DNA from: the human T2T-CHM13v2.0 reference genome, Homo sapiens | Strand: one strand, 5' to 3' | DNA length: 64,000 bases | Assembly (NCBI RefSeq): GCF_009914755.1 | Contig: NC_060946.1 | In this document: positions 1 to 12,200 of the stretch, one piece after another | How positions within the stretch are numbered: the first letter of the stretch is position 1 | Layout of the letters: every line of letters starts with the position of its first letter | Made by a program: the position numbers and the translations under genes | Notes under the pieces: generated by a model | Database searches by the model: none | What the model saw: only the letters and a program-made list of their open reading frames with translations | What the model was told of the DNA's origin: nothing

Positions 1-405
1 TGAGTATTCCCAGGCACTGTGTTAGCTTCTCACTCACAGAGTCTCAGAATGCCTCCTCACCAACCCTGTGAGGGAAGGCCCCACCTCACTACAGCACAAG
101 AGCTTCCTGAGCTCTTCCCAGAAAATGGTTATCAAAGGGTGGAGCTGGGGGAAGCCCAGACAGAACAAATGAGTCCCCAGGGTCTCCTTAACCTCCCTCA
201 GCTCCTGCACATGGGGCCCTGAGGGAAAGTGAGCTTCCTCCTAACCCCTTTGATAGGGTTCCATTACTGCAGGTCTGGACTTCCTCATTTTCTGGAACTA
301 CAGGAGGTGACAATGCAAACCCAGGCCCCTTATTTGCCATCCTTTAATGCCAGACCAGGCCGAGAGCCCTGTGCTGACACAGCCCAGCGGATGCTCGAGG
401 CCCAC

Positions 406-2697
406 CTCAGCACAGTCACCAATAGCGTACGTAGTGAGATGATCAAGGAGGTGCAAGTAGGCACAAATCCCCATGGACATGGCCTTAGGCATGTTACACA
501 GGCTCAGGGTCTCCCTGATGAGCTCACAGCCCTCCTTCAGGGAGCCTGCAGAGCACACACCCCCAAGGACCAGTGCTCAGATGAGCAGGCAGGCCCCAGA
601 TTCCCCACCCCAGGATGCTCTGTTCCACTTTGCAGGGCTGCTGCATTGGCCAGTCCCCACTGCTTTCTGGTGGGATATTTGAGTTGAAGTGAATGTTGAA
701 GGGCATAGAGCTGATGGAGCTGACTGCCTTGCAGATGTTGTAAATCACCTCCTGGCTCCATGGGTCAGCTGTGGAGACACAGCTTGATGGGAGGTAGCCC
801 CACTCCACCATCAGTGGTGCTGGGCTGCCCTGATCTGCACCTTCCAGCTCCTTGCTGAGATTTCTGCATGTTTCTCTAAGGGACTGGGTCACGAGACACC
901 CCTGGCAAGGCCCAGCTGGCAGAATAGGCTGGACACTCTCCCTCAGCCTCTCCAGCAGCCCGGCCTGTGCTGTCACCTGTGCTGATGATCTCACTTCTCT
1001 ATCTTAATAACAGCATTGATAACTTTTAAGCCCTAGCAAGCTGAAACTGCAAGACAAATGATCTTCTGCCTTAGAAGGGCTATGGTTGGGCAGTGTGTGC
1101 CCAGGCGAGAGCCCTGTGGTTGTTAGTGGAAGTAGGGAGATGGATGGGCCTGGCCCCATAGCCTAGTGAAAAGTAGGGCCCTCTCCTTCCAGAGCATCAA
1201 AGTCTTAGAGGCTGGAAAAAGGTGCTTGGTTAGGCTGCCAAGAAGCAGAAGGCTAGAAGGCTTTGCAAGGAACCCCAACAGACTTCAAGGTGCCTGAGAC
1301 GGCTGGGCTTATACCAGCTTTCTTTGCTTTCATCCTGTTAGCAAGAAAACCTGCTCACAGATGGCAGGTGGGCCTGAGGCTCCCAGTCACTCACCAGGGA
1401 TTAGGTGCCTTGATTGTGGCTGTTTCTTGAAGCAGCTGCTCAGGCCGGTTATTGCAGAGCAGTTCCCTCATTATCCACAGGTCCGTGTTCCAGCCCTGGA
1501 TCTGCAAAGGGACTAGGGAGGGACTAGGCAAGGGCTCAGCCTGTGCCCCACAACCTGCTCTGAGATATCTCTTTTGTTACTTCCTCATGGACAGCCTCAA
1601 ACTTCCAAATGAACAGACCAGCATGGAGCCTCCAGGAAAATGCATAGAATTCTGTCTGGTACCCAGAGGAAAGGGGGTTCCCAGTGAGGGCAGGACCAGG
1701 CTTCATGCACCTCTTCAGGAATGTTCTCCTCATAGTCCAGCCTCAAGGTGTGCATCTTCTATGTGCATGGAGTCCATGGCAGGCTCTGCCTGGGGAGCCG
1801 TCCAGCTGCACAACTGCAATGTGGTGGTGACCCTCTTGAATAGGTGGTTCTGGGCCCCAAGGCTGGCAGCAGAGAGGGAGATGTTCAGCCACCAAGCCCA
1901 GAGCCCTGTCACAGGCTTCTGTGAGGCCTCAATCTGCTCTGGGTTCTTGTCCTGAGAGGCTGCCCTGAAGTCAAACAGAAGCAGGTGGGCCTCTTCCAGG
2001 GCTGCTCTCTCCCCAACTCACAGTTCCCTAGAGGGGCACTCAGGCAGTGGGGACAGATTCTTCAGCCAGAAGCACTGGAGTTTAGGCTGGCTAGTTCATT
2101 CCATACCCCCACATGACATGACACAAGGCAGAGGCTGTGGGACAAAGGCATTGCCTTTTCTTCTGGCATGATGAATGGCTTAGGAAGCAGGGGATGGTGG
2201 GGCTGGGGTTGAGTGATGGGCTGTGGGCCACAAGGAGTGGGTGGGCACTGAGCAAGTGTCCTGGTTGTCTGTCCATAGATCCAGAATGAGTGGCATCTCA
2301 GGAGCCTGTGAGGGGCTGGCAGAGACTTACTGGTTCCAGTAAAAGCCCCATGTGGATGCAGTAATGCTGCCTGCTGGTCCTTGGCTGTAATTACAAACAG
2401 GTACATGAGGTACCCATGCATCTTGTGGCTCTCAGGGAGTGGGTTCCAGCTGCTCATGGTAGGCACTTTTAGTCACTGAACTTGCTTCAGGTATGTCCAA
2501 GCTTTATTAAGCCAGGCATCTTGCTGTGAGGCCCTCCACTTCACTAAGGACACTCTTCCTTGCTCCCCCTGGAAGTTGGACCTTCCAGTTCTGGTTCTGG
2601 AGGCACGGTGGCCCCTCCTGGACCCCTAGGAAAATGTGCTCAGGTGACACACAGTCGATGGGGCCCATTTCCAAGCCGTTCTTCCATTTCCCACTGT
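406..2697 (-). pseudogene. CLUHP: Unprocessed, internally deleted CLUH (clustered mitochondria homolog) pseudogene fragment
   Basis: Minus-strand translations resemble CLUH segments: SGKWKNGLEMGPIDCVSPEHI..NWK (exon ~2582-2697); [28 protein letters not shown] (exon ~2331-2484, donor gtaagt, frameshift); QNHLFKRVTTTLQLCSWTAPQAEPAMD (~1711-1856); GWNTDLWIMRELLCNNRPEQLLQE (~1395-1501, tttgcag acceptor); ADPWSQEVIYNICKAVSSISSMPFNIHFN (~675-775); LKEGCELIRETLSL..GDCAE (406-545, ag/gt flanks). Stops, frameshifts and intervening introns are present. Confidence 0.85.
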
Positions 2698-3978
2698 TTG
2701 AGGGACACGAGGCCGGTGACAAGCACAGAGCCACCCAAGGCCAGCTGTCTGCACCTAAATGTGAAGTTTGTCTGGATGTCTCAGGGCCAGAACACTCCAG
2801 GTGAAATGGCCTGGTCCTCACCACCTGGCGTCCATGCTCCCAGAAGGAAGGGCGGAGGGATGTTAGGAGGGAGGGAGGGACAGAGGGAGGGAGGCAGGGA
2901 GGAACGGAGGGAAAGACAGAGCCAGGCAGGGACTGGGGGCGGGTGGGAGGGAGCTGGGGACAGAGGGACGAAGGCAGAGAGGAAAAGCGGTCTTTGGCCT
3001 TCGGGAGGAACGGGACCCCCGCCCTCCGGGAAAACGGTAAGTGTCCGGCGCGGCCTGAGGGCTCAGCCCACAGCTGCCGCATCAGCCGGCGGGGCACTCA
3101 TTCGCCCCGATTCCATGGCCCAGGGAATGGGCAGTTTCCTCAGAGACAAAAGAAGGGGACTCGGGTTGCCGTCGGGTTTTCACCCGCATGCTTCACACAC
3201 CGCACATCCCCAGGCTGAGCCCCGCAACGGAGCACAAGGCCGACAGCACCGACCACGGAGGAGCAACACTCGGGACGACGGAGGCGTGATTTTGGTTTCC
3301 GCGTGGCTTTGTCCTCTGCAAGGCGGCCTGTTGCTCACGTCTCTCCAGCCCCCGAAAGGCTGGCCATGCTGACTGTTTGCTCCCGGAGCTCTGCACGCAC
3401 CCGGAACATGCAGGGAAGGGTGGAAGACCGGCATGGTGCCTTCGCTCTCCTTGCCAGTTTCCAAACCGGCCACACTTCAGAATCCCCATGTACCGCACAC
3501 AGGAATCCATCATCAGGCCATCATGCCGGGGAGGCATCTTCTCTCTGGGGTCTTGCTCTGGTCTCCTACATGGAGATAAATGAGAGCCACACGCCTGCGT
3601 GTGTGAGACTGTCCCGGCAACGGCGACAGCCACAGGCACTGCCTCCTTCACGCAGAGAGGGCCTGGAACACTCCAGACTCCCACTGAGGTTAAGTTCCTC
3701 ACTCCCCACCACCTCCCAGGCCGGTTTCTCCCTGCTGAAGACGCATGGGAGCCCAGAGAGCGGCTTCCAGTTCCCATGGGATTCCTGGAGAGGCCTGGAG
3801 AGCCAGCCCCCAAAACGTGCCCCCCTCACCCCTTCCCCCTCGTCCCCTTGCTCTTCGTCTCTCCGGCCCCACCACCACCATCACCACGCCCTCCCACACC
3901 ACCACACCACCCCCTGGCAGCAGGCCTCGACGCCCAGGGACCCTTCCGGGGTGGGGCGGGCAGTCCCAGGGCTCACCG

Positions 3979-5427
<1,449 letters not shown>

Positions 5428-5988
5428 GACGTGTGGTTGGGACGGGGTCGGGTTGCTGCAGGGCGGTAGCCTCTCTTTCGCAGGGAACACCTGGCTGCCT
5501 ATGGAGGGGAGTTTCTTCCCCCCGCCCCCTCCACCGGGCTGACCGGCCTGGGATTCCTGCCTTCTAGGTCTAGGCCCGGTGAGAGAATCCACGCAGCGCA
5601 GAAATGCGATTCTTTCCTGGGCTTCCCGGGGATCCCAGAGCCGGCCCAGGTACCAGCAGGTGGGCCGCCTACTGCGCACGCGCGGGTTTGCGGGCAACCG
5701 CCTGGGCTGTGGGAGGAGCCCGGGTAGAGCTCTCATGCCTTTCCACCACATCACCGCCCCCTGACCACACCATCCCCACCTCCACCACCCAGCCCGGGAA
5801 AATGCATCCTCCCCTGGGCTGGGTGGAGACCCACATCCCGCGAAACACCGGGCCCGCGCAGCTTCCAGGCCTGACACCCCTCCAGCGGCTCACCTCCTCT
5901 GCGCCTCCGCGCCACAATCGCCGGCTCGCCCGTGCCCCTGCAACACCCCAGCTGTCACCATGGATCGCCTGACGGTGGAATACAGACT

Positions 5989-6200
5989 TCTAGCTCGCTT
6001 TGCCGGCCTCCTGGCTAGACCTGTACTCATTGCACACCCTGGCTGACATGCAAGGGAGCCCGCTGGCCTCTCTGTGCCCTTGTCGGTCCGTGAAATTCCG
6101 TCTGAGGCTCTCCCAACACCTTCCGTAGCTCTTTAGTCACAGCCTGGAGAATAGTTACATCTCCTGGATGATCAGTTCAGAAATATGTCACAATGCACCC
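5989..6200 (+). other. pLAM / DUX4 exon-3-like segment without ATTAAA
   Basis: CTGGCTAG|ACCTG acceptor at 6018; GTTACATCTCCTGGATGATCAGTTCAG; PAS-equivalent position reads GTCACA (6187-6192). Confidence 0.85.
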
Positions 6201-9200
6201 TCCCGGCGGAGCCTAGAGAAGATTTGCATTATTTGGGTGATCATTGCAGAGATATATCACAATGTCCCCTGTACAAAAAGCCTGGAAATGATTTACATCA
6301 CCTCGGTGATCAGTGCATAGGTATGTCAGAAATCCCCAGTAGGCTGAACCTAGACAGGGGATACATCACTTAGGTGATCAGTGTAGAGATATGTGAAAAT
6401 TCCCGTGTAGACAGAGCCTAGACAAATGTTACATCACCTAGTGATAAGTGCAAGGATAAGTCGTAAAGCTTCCTGTAGGCAGAGTATAGACAAGTGTTTC
6501 CTCCCTGGGGTAATCAGTGCAGAGATATGTCACAAAGCCCCTGTAAGCAGAACCTTGACAAGGGTTACATCACCTGTTTGATCAGTGGAAATGTATATCA
6601 CAAAGCCCCCTGTAGGCAAAGCCCAGACAATTGTTACATCACCTGGGAGAGCAGTGGAGAGATCTGTCAAAATGCCCCTGTAGGCAGAGCTTAGAAAAGG
6701 GTTACATCACCTAGGTGATCAGTGCAGAGATATATCAAAACGCTCCTGTAGGCTGAACCTAGACAGCAGTTACATCACCTGGGTGATCAGTGTAGAGATA
6801 TTTCACAATGCCCCCTGTAGACAGAGAGTGGACAAGAGTGACATAACCTAGGAGATCTGTGCAGAGCTATGTCAAAACGGCCCTGTAGGCAGAGCCTAGA
6901 TAAATGTTACATCACCTGGGTGATCAGTGCAGAGATATGTCACAAAGCCCCTGTAGGGAGAGCCTAAACAAGAGTTAAGTCACCTGGGTGATGAGTGCAG
7001 AAATATGTCACAAAGCCCCTGTAGGCCGAGCCTAGACAAGTGTTACATCTCCTGATGATCATTGCAAAGTATGTCACAAACCCCTGTAGACAAATCCCAG
7101 AAAATTGTTACATCACCTGGGTAATCAGGGAAGATATCTGTCACAATTCCCCTTTAGACACAGCTTAGACAAGAGTTACATCACATGAGTGATCAGTGCA
7201 GAGATATGCCACTATGCCCCCATAGGCAGATCCAAGACAAGAGTCCATCACATGGGTAATCAGTGCAGAGTTATGTCACAATGCCCCGTTTTGGCAGAGC
7301 CTAGACAAATGTTACATCACCTGGGTGATCAGTGCAGAGACCTGTCACAAGACCCCTGTAGCCAGAGCCTAGACAAGGGTTACATCAGCTGAGTGATCAG
7401 TGCAGTGACAGGTCATAATGTCGCTGTAGCCATATCTTTGACAAATGTGACATTACCTTGGTGATCAGTGCGGAAATATGTCACAATGTCTCCAGTAGGC
7501 AGAGCCCAGACAAGAGTTTCATGACCTAGGTGATAAGTGCAGAGATACATCGCAATGTCCCTGTAGGCTGAGCCTTGACAAGTTGTACATCTCCTGGGAG
7601 ATCATTGCAGGGATATGTCACAAAGCACCCTGTATGCAGATCCTAGAAAAGAGTTACATCACCTGGGTGATCAGGGCAGAGATATGTCACAATGCCCCCT
7701 GTAAGCACATCCCAGACAAGAGTTGCATAACCTCGGTGATCAGTGCAGAGATAATTCTCAATGCCCCCTGTCGGTGAAGCCTATACAAGAATTACATCAT
7801 CTCGGTGATCAGTGCAGTGATATGTTAAAATGTCCCTGTAGGCAAAGCCTAGACAAGAGTTACATCACCTGTTTGATCAGTGCAGAGATAGCTCACAATA
7901 CACCCTGTAAGCAGAGCCCAGACAAGAGTTACATCATCTGGGTGATCAGTGCAGAGATATGTCACAATGTCCCCTGTAGGCAAAGCCTAGACAAGAGTTA
8001 AATCACCTTTGTCATCAGTTCAGGGATATGTGAAAAGGCCTCTGTAGGCAGAGCCTACACAAGAGTTACATCACCTAGTTGATCAGTGCAGACATATTTC
8101 ACAATACCCCCAGTAGGCAGATCCTATACAAGAGTTGAATGACCTGGGTGATCAGTGCAGAGATATTTCACAATGCCCCCTTTGGGCAGATCCTAGAAAA
8201 GAGTTACATCACCTAGGTGATCAGTGCAGAGATTTGTCAAAATTCCCTGTAGGCAATGCTTATAAAAGGGTTACATCACTTAAGTGATCAGTGCAGAGAT
8301 ATGTCACAAAAACCCTGTAGGCAGAACTTAGATGAGTTACATCACCTGGGTGATCAGTGTAAAGATATGTCACAAAGCCCCCTGTAGGCAAAGCCTAGGC
8401 AATAGTTACATCACTTGGGTGATCAGTGGCGAGATCTCTCACAATTCCCCTGTAGGCAGAGCTTATACAACAGTTACATCACCTAGGTGATCAGTGCAGA
8501 GATATGTCACAGTGCCCCCATAGGCAGATCCAAGACAAGAGTCCATCACCTGGGTGATCAGTGCAGAAATATGTCACAATGCCCCCTTAGGCAGAGCCTA
8601 GACAAAAGCCCCATCACCTGGTTGATCAGTGCAGAGTTATGTCACAAAGTCCCTTTAGGCAGATCCTAGACAACTGTTACATCACTTGGATGATCAGTGC
8701 AGAGATATGTCACAATGCCAATGTAGACAGAGCCTAGACAAGAGTTACATGACCTAGGTGATCAGTGCAGAGAAACATGGCAATGTCCCTGTAGGCACAG
8801 CCTTGACAAATGGTACACCACCTGAGTGATCATTGCAGGGATATGTCACAAAGCACTCTGTAGGCAGATGCTAGAAAATAGTTACATCAACTAGGTGATC
8901 AGTGCAGTGATATGTCACAATGCCACTGTAGGCAGAGCCTAGACAACTGTTACATGTCCTAGGTGATCAGTCCAGAGATACATCACAATGCCCCTGTAGG
9001 CAGAGCCTTGACAAGTGGTATATCACCTGGGTGATAGTTGCAGGGATATGTCACAAAGCACCCTGTAGGCAGATCCTAGAGAAGAGTTATATCACTGGTG
9101 TGATCAGTGCTGAGATATGTCACAAGACTCCTGTAGGCAGAGCTTATACAACAGTTACATCACCTGGGTGATCAGTGCAGACATATGTCACAATGCCCTC

Positions 9201-12200
9201 ATAGGTAGATCCAAGACAAGAGTCCGTCACCTGGGTGATCAGTGCAGAGATATGTGAGAATTCCCGTGTAGACAGAGCCTAGAGAAGTGTTACATCACCT
9301 AGGTTATCAGTGCAGGTATAAGTCATAAAGCCTCCTGTAGGCAGAGCGTAGACAAGGGTTCCCTCCCCAGGGTGATCAGTGCAGGGATGTGTGACAAATC
9401 CCCTGTAGGCAGAGCCTAGACATGAGTTTCATCACTTGGTTGATCAGTTCAGAGATGTGTCACAATGTCCATGTAGGCAGATCTAAGACAAGAGTCCATC
9501 ACCTGGGTGATGAGTCCTGAGATGTGTGATAATGTCCATGTAGGCAGATCTAATACAAGAGTCCATCACCTGGGTGATCAGTGCAGAGATATGTACCAAT
9601 GTCCCCTGTAGCCAGTGCCTAGACAGGAGTTGCATCACCTCAGAGATCAGTGCAGAGATATTTCACAAAGCCTTCTGTAGGCAAAGCCCATGCAAGGCTT
9701 ATATCACCTACGTGATCAGTGCAGTGATATGTCAAAAAAATCCCACTAGACAGAGCCTAGAAAAGAGGTATATCACCTGGGTGATCAGGGCAGACATTTG
9801 ACACAATGCCCCCATAGACAGAGCGTAGAAAATACTTCCATCAACTTGGTGATCTGTGGAAAGATATGTCACACATCCCACTCTACGCAGAGTACAGAGA
9901 AGAGTCCCATCACCTGGGTGATCAGTGCAGAGATATTTCACAATGCACCCTGTAGGCAGAGAGTGGACAAGAGTTACATAACCTAGGTAATCTGTGCAGA
10001 GCTATGTCAAAACGCCCCTGTAGGCAGAGCCTAGATATATATTACATCACCTGGGTGATCAGTGCAGAGATACGTCACAATACCCCTAGTAGGTGGAGCC
10101 TAGACAAGAGTTACATCAACTGGGTGATCAGTGCAGAGATATGTCACAAAGCCCCTGTAGGCAGAGACTAAACAAGAGTTACATCACCTGGGTGATCTGT
10201 GCAGAAATATGTCACAAAGACCCAGTAGGCAGAGCCTAGACAAGAGTTGTTACATCTCCTGGGTGATCAGTGCAAAGATATGTCACAAAGACCCCTGTAG
10301 ACAAATCCGAGAAAATTGTTGCATCACCTGGGTGATCAGTGGAGATATCTGTTCCAATTCCCCTTCAGGCGCAGCTTAGACAAGCGTTACATAACATGAG
10401 TGATCAGTGCAGAGATATGTCACTATGCCCCCATAGGCAGATCCAAGACAAGAGTCCATCACCTGGGTGATCAGCGCAGAAATATGCCACAATGCCGCCA
10501 GTAGGCAGATATAGAGAAGAGTTACATCACCTGCGTGATCACTGCACAGATATGTCACAACGTCCCTGTAGGCAGAGCCTAGAGAAGAGTCCCATCACCT
10601 GGGTGATCAGTGCATATATATGTCACAATGCCCCTTCTTGACAGAGTCTGGACAAGGAGTACATCACCTGGGTGATCAGTGCAGAGATGTGTCACAAGAA
10701 CCCTGTAGCCAGAGCCAAGACAAGAGTTACATCAGCTGTGTGATCAGTGCAGTGACATGTCAAAATATCCCTGTAGCCATATCTTTGAGAAAAGCGACAT
10801 CACCTGGGTGAGCAGTGCAGAGATATGTCACAATGTCTCCAGTAGGCAGAGCCTAGACAAGAGTTATATCACCTGGGTGATCAGGGCAGAGATATGTCAC
10901 AATGTCCCCTCTAAGCAGATCCCAGACAAGAGTTGCATCACCTTGGTGATCAGTGCAGAGATATGTCTCAATGCCCCCTGTCGGCGAAGCCTATATAAGA
11001 GTTACATCATCTCGATGATCAGTGCAGTGATATGTTAAAATGCCCCTGTAGACAGAGCCTAGACAAGAGTTACATCACCTGGATGATCAGTGCAGACATA
11101 TCTCACAATACCCCCTGTAAGAAGAGCCCAGACAAGAGTTACATCACCTGGGTGATCAGTGCAGAGATATTTCACAATGCCCCCTTTGGGCAGAGGGTAA
11201 ACAAGAGTTACATCACCTAGGTGATCCGTGCAGAGATTTGTCAAAATTCCCTGTAGGCAGTGCTTATAAAAGTGTTACATCACCTAAGTGATCAGTGCAG
11301 AGATATGTCACAAAGCTCCTGTAGGCAGAACTTAGATGAGTTAAATCACCTCGGAGATCCGTGCAAAGGTATGTCACAAAGCCCCATGTAGGCAAAGCCT
11401 AGAGAGTAGTTACATCACTTGGGTGATCAGTGGCGAGATCTCTCACAATTCCCTTGTAGGCAGAGCTTATACAACAGTTACATCACCTGGGTGATCAGTG
11501 CAGAGATATGTCACAATTTTCCCATAGGCAGATCCAAGACAAGAGTCCGTCACCTGGATGATCAGTGCAGAGATGTGTGAGAATTCCTGTGTAGGCAGAG
11601 CCTAGACAAGTGTTACATCACCTAGGTTATCAGTGCAGGTATAAGTCATAAAGCCTCCTGTAGGCAGAGCGTAGACAAGAGTTCCCTCCCCATGGTGATC
11701 AGTGCAGAGGTGTGTCATAAAGCCCCTGTAGGCAGAGATTAGACAAGAGTTTCATCACTTGGTTGATCAGTTCAGAGATGTGTCACAATGTCCATGTAGG
11801 CAGATCTAAGAAGAAAATCCATCACCTGCGTGATCAGTGCAGAGATAAGACACAATACTCCCTGTAGGTGGAGACTAGACAAGAGTTACATCAACTGGGT
11901 GCTCAGTGCAGGGATATGTCACAAAGCCCCTGGAGGCAGAGCCTAGACAAGAGTCCCATCACCTGGGTGATCAGTGCAGAGTTATGTCACAATGCCCCCT
12001 CTTGACAGAGCCTAGAGAAAGGTTACATCACCTGGGTGATCAGTGCAGACATGTGTCAAAAGACCCCTGTAGCCAGAGCCTAGACAAGAGTTACATCAGC
12101 TGTGTGATCAGTGCAGTGACATGTCACAATGTCCCTGTAGCCATATCCTTGAGAAAAGTGACATCACCTGGGTGATCAGTGGAGATATATGTCACAATAT

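Noticed and set aside
1-400. ORFs 19-222 and 229-687 on the + strand
   Set aside because: They are antisense to or flank the CLUH relic and have no recognisable homology; further CLUH exons here could not be supported.
2851-2960. GGA/G-rich tract with G-quadruplex potential (also ~18750-18910 and C-rich tracts before each promoter)
   Set aside because: An ordinary internal part of D4Z4; not specific to this locus.
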